Assembly: GCA_951406725.2 (NCBI GenBank)
Contig: OX597825.1
Coordinates: 8,432,001 to 8,496,000, forward strand
DNA from: Octopus vulgaris
Taxonomy: Eukaryota
Length of the DNA: 64,000 nt
Direction of reading: 5' to 3'
How positions within the stretch are numbered: position 1 is the first letter of the stretch; each line of letters starts with the position of its first letter. This document shows positions 54,996-64,000 of the stretch, one piece after another. The notes beneath the pieces were generated by a model that made no database searches, was not told where the DNA came from, and saw only the letters and a list, made by a program, of their open reading frames with translations. Position numbers and translations under genes: made by a program.

Positions 54996-56731
54996 ACACA
55001 CACACATGTGTGTGTATGCGTGTGTGTGTGCATATATGTATGTATATAGTATCATTGATCATGCTCTCTTCTTGACAATGCTGTTCATGACGGCGACGGC
55101 AATGATGATGATGATGATTATATTTTTATTTGTGATAATTAAATAAATTTCAACAGTAATATGTACAACGATAATTATAAACTAAATTACAGCAGTAACG
55201 TTTACGGCGAAGATACAGATAAAAGTGAGGATAGGAATTACATCGTTATTACTAAGAAGAAAGCTGATAGCTAAGAGCGAACAGTTGCTTAAATAATGCT
55301 TATAATAATATGTATCCCGGCGCACCCACCGCTAACACCCGTATATGTTAATGATAATTCTGATGATAATAGCGATGAAAACGATGACCTGCATACCCAT
55401 GACAATTATCCCCCACATCAAAACTATAATATTAATGATTATTATGTTAGTATTTTGACGAAGATGACAATCATCAGCTATTTGATATGCCGCTTTGTTA
55501 ATGTGGGGAAATCAAATGGCTTCCTTCTATAAGGAGTAAAATCTTATCTTCAAAAGCAAAAGCATTAACTTTAATTGCAGAGTGCACTAATTAAGTGAAT
55601 TATTTCCTGAATTACTTGCCATCAATAGACGAAACAGTAATTAACTATTCCACTGATTAGATTGATTTTATTCTAGGTGTTTCCCTTTTGTAGAAATACA
55701 ACAGAATTAAAATCCTGTTGAAGCCAGTATTAAATATTAGCGATCGACATCTTTGAAAGTTAGAGCTAACCGAATTGATGTAATCTAACATATTAAATAT
55801 TTGATGTCTATTAGCACTGGCTAATATTTTCTTAGCCTACGTCACTGGGAGCAAATAAATATAACCTTATATCTGCATGTATGCTAGAGAGAGACGGAGA
55901 GAGAGATTGCATGAATGTGTATGTTTGTGTGTGTGCTCGTGTGAACCATGACCCCTACTTTACCTACACTAATGAGGGAAGGTAATCCATTTTCAGGATT
56001 TTGGAAGCAAAATGCTTACACTAATAATGATATTTGCAGAAATGATATCTTGGATTTATGAAGAATGAGTTGGATTTTTTTAGCTAAGTTTTTGAGAATT
56101 GTTCCGGTGAAATAAATGCACGAAATATCTGCAAAGTTGATAATATTTTGAGCATTTGTTTCTCTTGATAAGACAATATACAGAATATATCTATGAACCC
56201 TTTTAAAACGGTGAAGGTAAATTTATACACGCAATGTACATGCTTTAAATCGGTTGAAGCAATTATACGCCGCTTGATGAAAAACATGATGCCTGAGTTA
56301 CCCCCGCTCCATCAGCCGATAGGTCAATTACATGTTTCGTGTAAATATTCCCCACCCGATAGCCTGGTCCTGCCACTCCGGCTCTGTCAACTTCGTCGCC
56401 GTGTCCCGTTTCGTCGAATTTACGGCTACCGCGTCCTACCACAGCGGTTCCGTCAAAATCATCGGTTCCCTTAAATATACGCCGAACGTTGTCTCACACA
56501 AAGTGATCACCTCATTCGGCGCCATTTGCCGTTGCCGCGTGTAGGCAACCGAATAAGTCCACATCGGAAAATGGTTAAAGCGGTTGATGTAAATATACGC
56601 TGAACCATAGTCGTGCGCTGACAGATGATCTCAGCCGAGATGATTACCGTCAATGCAACTTGGTTGATTGATATATAACAAAAAGACCGTTGTCATGGGG
56701 TTGAAGGAGTTTTTGTGTAGTAGAATATTAA

Positions 56732-56988
56732 CATGTGGAGGCGCGTGGCTTAGTGGTTAGGGTATCAGGATCATGATCGTAAGATTGTGGTTTCGATTAC
56801 TGGAACGGGCGATGCGTTGTGTTCTTGAGCAAAACACTTCATTTCACGTTGCTCCAGTCCACTCAGCTGGCAAAAATGAGTAACACTGCGATGGACTGCC
56901 GTCCCATCCAGCTGGGGAACACATACGCCATAGAAACCGGGAAAACGGGCCCATGAGCCTGGCTAGGCTTTAAAAGGGTGCATTTATT
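56732..56988 (+). mobile_element. tRNA-derived SINE, family D, with 11-bp TSD
   Basis: A box TGGCTTAGTGG and B-box-like GTTTCGATTAC. TSD TAGAATATTAA at 56721-56731 and 56989-56999. Confidence 0.85.
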
Positions 56989-58285
56989 TAGAATATTAAT
57001 ATTATTATTTGAAGAGTTTTATTTGAATCTAAGCTACTTAATACAAACCTGATCTTGTAACTCTTGATAACAATGAAATATCAACAAAATTTATAGGTTA
57101 GCACAAATTGCGTTTACGCTATGTACTGAGCGACCATAATGCGTTTCCACAGCTATTCTAGAATAATATCAGGTTGGATTAATATTGGAAATTAAAATCT
57201 CATTTTTCATGTACCTGCAGCATTTACCAAGTACATTCGGAAGATATACTCCAATACTGACAATGGCATGAAGTAAGAAAAGTCCTCACTGACAGACGAC
57301 TTATGATCTTAGATTGCTTTTAGTTTATCTTGTATCCGGCTTAAGTGGTGTTCGGTATGCATATGGCTACATTGATAAATACATTTATAAATACATATAC
57401 GAGTAAGTAATACATAGACGTGTGTGTGTGTGTGTGCGTGTGTATGCACACGTATATATATATATATATATATATATTTACATTTATATATGAATAAGCA
57501 CTTGTGTATGTATGTGTGTCTGAGTGTATGCATAATTATGAATCTAAAGAGATAGATATTTACTTTTGTCCCTAAGCATCAACATGAATATATGCCTGCT
57601 TGTGTGTGTGAGTGTGCGTGTGTGTCAGTTTCTGTGTATGTATGTGTGCGTGTGTGTGAGTGTGTGTGTGTGTGTGTGTCTGAAAGTGTGTATGTGAGTG
57701 TCGAAAGACAAAAGAAATGTAGATTATCAACAGGACATGAAACAAAAGCATAAAATATAGTATCACTGTTTGAATATATTCAAGGAGACTCATCGGAATA
57801 GAAAATGAAAAATAAGCGATTCTAAGAAACTGGAAAAGCGAGAACGGACACTATAGGAAAAAAAATGAAGGAACATCCCAGTGTGCAACGGGATCAAAAC
57901 TGCAAGATACTACAATGTATGGGAGAATGATAAAACGTGACATGGAGAAAGAACGGAAAGTTACCGAAAGGATGAAAATAGAAGTTGGAAGGAAAGAATC
58001 GTCGAGAGAAGGAGACAATTTAAATTGTTATGGTGAAGGTAATTCTTTGTTGCGGGAGAATAAAATGGAAACCCGTGCATTAGAAGTGTAAGCGGAAAGA
58101 AAATTTCGGTTACATAAAAATTTGATAATGGAGTAGAGGACAAAATGACAAACAAACCACTCGTCAGCAATAAAGTCCAGATTCATGAGATGTTCTGTGT
58201 ATTTATTAAGGAAAATTATTTATATAGACCACGATTGTGTTTGAATGAAGATATCTATGAGATCTGGTACATATAGAGTATAAAG

Positions 58286-58322
<37 letters not shown>

Positions 58323-58326
<4 letters not shown>

Positions 58327-58725
58327 CGCAGGAGTGGCTGTTTGGTAAGTAGCTTGCTAACCAACCACATGGTTCCGGGTTCAGTCCCACTGCGTGGCAT
58401 CTTGGGCACGTGTCTTCTGCTATAGCCCCGGGCCGACCAATGCCTTGTGAGTGGATTTGGTAGACGGAAACTGAAAGAAGCCTGTCGTATATATGTATAT
58501 ATATATATAAGTGTGTGTGAATATGTTTGTGTATCTGTGTTTGTTCCCCTAGCATTGCTTGACAACCGATGCTGGTGTGTTTACGTCCCCGTCACTAGCG
58601 GTTCGGCAAAAGAGACCGATAGAATAAGTACTGGGCTTACAAAGAATAAGTCCCGGGGTCGATTTGCTCGACTAAAGGCGGTGCTCCAGCATGGCCGCAG
58701 TCAAATGACTGAAACAAGTAAAAAG
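58323..58725 (+). mobile_element. SINE family A (full length, young)
   Basis: Near-identical to 7329-7724; abuts (TA)n at its 5' end. Confidence 0.92.
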
Positions 58726-58754
58726 AGAGAAAAAGAGAAAACAGTATATATATA

Positions 58755-58990
58755 TATAAATCCAAGCTACCAGGGAGCAATTCAATTTAGTATTAAATCA
58801 AATTTCACAGTATAACTATATAAAATATAATTAGAGATAAAACCACTAGACATAAACCAAAACATAAATAACAATTAATAAATATTTTTATAAAAATACA
58901 TCTCAAAATGTATAAAAAATGAATGATCAATATATAATATAAGTAAAAAACCTACGTACGTTTCATGGCTACAATTAAATGCAATTTATA
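58755..58990 (-). mobile_element. Probable PLE-type tail with the 3' half of a hammerhead
   Basis: Minus strand AGCCAT-GAAACGTACGTA-GGTTT has the palindromic helix III ACGTACGT and a GUA triplet. The CUGANGA half is absent. Confidence 0.4.
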
Positions 58991-60625
58991 TTTTATATAT
59001 ATATATACTCTCAGCCATGTAGGCTAAGAAAATATTAGCCAATGGTAATAGGCACCAAATATTTAATATGTTAGATGGCCGTCTAATATTACATCAATTT
59101 GGTTAGCTCTTACTTTCATTGAGGAGGATCGGTAATATTTCATGCTATCTTCATCATGATTTTAATTTTGTTGTATTTCTACCAAAGGGGAACACCTAAA
59201 ATAAAATTAATCTAATCAGGGTATCGAAATTGCGATAACTGATACGGAGTAATTTTGTTCTGTGAAAAAAAGTCAAGTTTGATGGCAAGGCGTGGAATCA
59301 CGCAATCATCTAATATCGCAAATGAAAAATGATGGATTTACGTGCAAACACATCCTCCAAGAGAGTGACAGTAACTTCAATCGTGCAAATGATCCAGTGG
59401 TAACGATGAGAAAGGAAGAATAAAATATAACCTTTGAAGCGATGGGAGCAAAAATAGAAGGATTTGGCAATAAAAAAGAGCGGAAGAGAAATATTGAGAG
59501 AGCGATGCAAGAGAGAAAATAGCGCAAGTGGCAACGACAAAGTGGGGAAGAATAAAAGAAATGAGATAGAGGGGAGGGGAGCATTCCAATTTTTTAATCA
59601 TGCTCATTAATGTAGGTACACTTACAGTTTTAATGTACTGTTTCTTTTTACCTTCACATTAATTATTTCTCTCTCGTTCCCTCTCTCTCTCTCTCTCTCT
59701 CTCTCAGTGACCAATCTATCCTTTTCTCTTCTCTACAAATTTCGCAATTATATATCACTCATTCCCACCACCCCCAGTATCTACAGAGCGTACTATAACG
59801 AAGCTACCTCTTCCCCCTCATTTATTTTCTCCGTCGAGCAGCATAAATCGTTTATTTCCTTTGTCAGCTCGCTCCAACCATTCCTCCAATTCCAGTTTAC
59901 AGTCGTCAGATGTTTTGAAAACTCTGTACTTATTGAATACTCTCACCATTTCCTACTCCTTCACCCTCACCACATTTCATTTTTAACGACACTGATCTTG
60001 AGCCATCACTTTTTTATGTACCCCCAAAGTATCAGGCTCGTACCCACAAACTTCACTGCTTTCGTCCTGTGACGTGGGTCGTTTCGCTTTCTAATACATT
60101 AGAATTTGTCAGAAGGCCTCCAGGGAACAGTTGTGGGAGCTCAGCCACAGAATTCATGACTCAAAGTAGTATATGTTTTCAATAGGACTTGATTGGTAGA
60201 AGATAGTCACATGACTGGCATCAGAACATTTCGTAGATTCCCCTGCTACGTCCATCTGTTAGTATCAAGTGACAACGTTTGGCGTGATAAGTTAAGGCTG
60301 ACACGGTTGATTGAACATGTCTAGTGACGGTACCAAACAATCAATGCTCTGAATGTTTTCTGTCAAATGTTTCTAGAGAATGAACACGTGATTAAGTTTA
60401 GACACTTTTGAACGTTTCCCGTTACGTTTGTGCGTTAATGTCACAGGGCAGTATATTTTGCACCTAAAAAACATTTAATTACGGTAATAAAATAATAATT
60501 TAACTTTTCTCAGTGTATTTTCAATTTCTATTTCCCCTATATTTCTACCCGTGTGGAATAAAATAACTTTGTTTTATGTATGCGCGTATGTGTGCGCTTG
60601 AGTGCGTGCGTGCGTGCGTGTATGT

Positions 60626-60658
<33 letters not shown>

Positions 60659-60955
60659 AGTACATACAATCATCAATTTTTCAACACATACCACTTACAT
60701 TACTAATGCACAGCTGCACATGTGCACACAACTGGGACACACGATCACCTGAAAATATTAAATTCGCCAACAGATATAGTCATACGCTGACGTATGTGAC
60801 ATAAATCCAAATTTAACACATACAGCTTCTGCATTGTCACAAACACACATACCCATACATATATACACACACACACATTAAAAAGTTTCCGAGTTATCTT
60901 CATCGTTCACACAAATACATTCAAATATGCAAGCTAACATTCCTGACGTCATATA

Positions 60956-61345
60956 GGGGGGAGGAAGCACTCCGTCAGTTACGACGATGAGTGTTCCGGT
61001 TGATCCGAATCAACGGAACAGCCTGCTCGTAAAATTAACGTGTAAGTGGCTGAGCACTCCACAGACACGTGCACCCTTAACGTAGTTCTCGGGGATATTC
61101 AGCGTGACACAGAGAGTGACAAGGCCTGCCCCTTGAAATACAGGCACAACAGAAACATGAAGTAAGAGTGAGAGAAAGTTGTGGTGAAAGAGTACAACAG
61201 GGATCACCACCATCCCCTGCCGGAGCCTCGTGGAGCTTTAGGTGTTTTCGCTCAATAAACACTCACAACGCCCGGTCTGGGAATCGAAACCGCGATCCTA
61301 TGACCGCGAGTCCGCTGCCCTAACTACTGGGCCATTGCGCCTCCA
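60956..61345 (-). mobile_element. tRNA-derived SINE, family C (full length) with 13-bp TSD
   Basis: Head TGGAGGCGCAATGGCCCAGTAGTTAGG..GGTTTCGATTCCC. TSD CTGACGTCATATA at 60943-60955 and 61350-61362. Confidence 0.9.
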
Positions 61346-61601
61346 CATTCTGACGTCATATACACACATACACAAACACATCATTTTCACACATATACAT
61401 ATCACACACTCCACCATTTCTCTCCCTCCCACTAGTCTCACCGTATCGTAAAAATGCATTCTCTGTTAATCCCTCCAGTCTCTGTCCATAAACACCCATG
61501 CAATAGATTTCTACATAGCACTATTGGAATTAACTGTCTCGCGATCGTGTTTATATATTCTCTTTGTCTCTAGTCTGTTTGTCTCTGTGTCTATCCCTTT
61601 G

Positions 61602-61662
<61 letters not shown>

Positions 61663-61944
61663 CTGTATGTGTGTCTATCTCTGTCTCTGTCTGTATCACT
61701 CTATCTCTGTGAGCACATACACATAAAAGCATATTGTGATTTGGACAGTTGCCCAGTATTCCAGCCACTTTGATTTACACACGCCAAATAGAAAGCACAA
61801 TGCATTCACATTCAGAAGCTGCGATCAGACAACCACACACACACATACAAACAATTGTGTATTCTTTCACAAATGATGTATTTAATTTAAGAATAACACG
61901 TAACATATATCGTCCGCGTTGTTCTCATTAAACCGTTCACATAC

Positions 61945-62357
61945 TACTCTTTTACTTTTTTGGTTGTTTCAGTCATTTCACTGCGGCCATGCTGGAGCAC
62001 CGCCTTTTAGTCGAAGAAAGCAACCCCAGGACTCATTCTTTGGAAGCTTGGTAATTATTCTATCGGCCTCTTCTGTCGAAACGCTAAGTTACGGAGACAG
62101 AAACACAACGAACATCTGTTGTTAAGAGACGGTAGGAGGACAAACACAGACACAAATACACACACACATACACATACATGCACACACACATACGACGGGC
62201 CTCTTTCAGCTTCCCTCTACTAAATCCACTCTCAAGGCTTTGGTCGGCCCCGGGCTATAGTAGAGTACACTTGCCCTAGGTGCCACGAAGTCGAACTGAA
62301 CTCAGAACTATGTGGTTGGGAAGCAGGCTTTTTACCACACGACCACTCCTACGCCTA
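61945..62357 (-). mobile_element. SINE family A
   Basis: Diverged full-length copy. Confidence 0.85.
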
Positions 62358-63154
62358 TAAAAATCGGAAAGGAAGTTTTTGTAGGGACAACAGTGCACCA
62401 AGTCTGCCGTTATTTTTGTTGATTGACCTCATACAACGAATGGTGGACATTTCGTTCCTCATATGCATGTACAAGTTTATTCATCAACATTTTATTTATT
62501 GCATTCAATTCTAGAAAACGTGAAACATATCGTTGCCTGCGACATTTGGCCAATCCTCGATGCATATATGAATATATGTTTGTATGTTCAGTGGGAAATA
62601 GCCCGTTAGTTTGAAATATGGGCAATTAATATATATCCATACGTCAATAGTTCCAAAAGTGGAAATTTTGTCTAAGGGATGAATCGATAATCTGGAACGC
62701 CGCATTTGACTTGTACTTTAATTCATCATCCCTAAATAGATTAAGGGGTATTTTGATCCGCGTCGGATTGGATGACAACACGTAAGCGGCCAGAAGTCAT
62801 ATTGTAAATCATTTTTCTGGATTGTTTAAAGTTGCTGCCAACCCACCACAATTTAATAACACAATGATAACATATGTCACTATTAAGATCTCTCAGCGAG
62901 AAGAAATTTCTCGGTTTCCTATTATCAATATTTATTTTATCACGCAAACAGTGTTGTAGTACAGTCGTCAAACTTAAGAGTTAAATGTCACATTTATTGA
63001 TCTGAATTTGTCCAGTTGACTACAATTGTTGCTATGCACACATGCACGCACACACGTACACACACACACAATTGCGTAAATACACAGTCGTTATGATAGC
63101 TTTATAAAAATAACATAAAATTCATTGGAGTATTTGTGAAGACATATACCGTGT

Positions 63155-63375
63155 CTTATTTATTGCCCACAAGGGATTAAACGTAGAAGGGACAAACAAG
63201 GACAGAGAAAGGGATTAAGTCGATTACATCGACCCCAGTGCCTAATTGGTACTTAATTTATTGACTCCGAAAGGATGAAAAGCAAAGTCGACTTCGGCGG
63301 AATTTGAACTCAGAACGTAAAGACAAGACCTAATACTGCTAAGCATTTCGCCCGGCGTGCTAACGTTTCTGCCAA
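63155..63375 (-). mobile_element. SINE family B
   Basis: Reverse complement of 31474-31710. Confidence 0.88.
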
Positions 63376-63884
63376 ACATATAAAGTAAACACTTGCCTGC
63401 TGAGGATGCTTCTGTAATCCATCTCCGATTATAAGAACCAATATCTCATCACCCTTGCGAATCAGCACTGTGGGTGCCACTGATCCTTTTAGAACTGTTA
63501 CTGCCCACCCATCAATACGTGACACGAAACCCCACTCCCCCACTACGAAATGAGCTTTGTTGAATAAAATGACGGGCGGGATACCTGTACTTACCTCATT
63601 GCTCGTTTGAGTTGCACCGATCGTTCCTTTTCTTCAGCCAACTTTTCATGAAAGAGATAAATGGCTAAATGCATGAAATGCATGAAATAATAAAGTATAA
63701 TGACAGAGAAAATACTGATCATAAGTAATACAATTGAACTCTGACTGGAATCATCCATGGTTGAGGTGATTTACAGCGATGTTGCTTCTAATTTAACTGA
63801 ACAATGATAAGTCATTCCGGACATGAATATACAATTGTTCTCATGTTAGTTCTGATGTTATCCGTCTCATTTGAATGTACTTGT

Positions 63885-63897
63885 CTATCTATATCTA

Positions 63898-63988
<91 letters not shown>

Positions 63989-64000
63989 AACTATATCTAT
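63885..64000. repeat. (ATCT)n microsatellite
   Basis: Directly visible. Confidence 0.95.

Overview
This is an AT-rich, microsatellite-dense eukaryotic window. It looks like a mollusc, most likely an octopus or other cephalopod; that is inferred from the repeat landscape and was not searched. Only one intact protein-coding gene is recognisable: an intronless testis-specific Ser/Thr kinase (TSSK family, 10649-11554, +) with an upstream CCAAT box and CRE sites and a downstream AATAAA. The rest is mostly repeats: at least four tRNA-derived SINE families, 3' fragments of CR1-like and RTE-like LINEs, decayed Tc1, mariner, maT-like, MULE and hAT DNA transposons, two non-autonomous Helitrons, and decayed Penelope-like element (PLE) RT and GIY-YIG segments. 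The most notable hidden signal is a set of about nine type I hammerhead-ribozyme-like motifs plus two half motifs, from several unrelated sequence families. They sit in short non-coding elements, mostly next to (TA)n tracts. One has an intact canonical core (33883-33966, minus), one caps a long rod-like fold (47928-48075), and three share a CCGACGA core variant. Most ORFs in the supplied track are microsatellite artefacts. All alignments and folds were done by eye.
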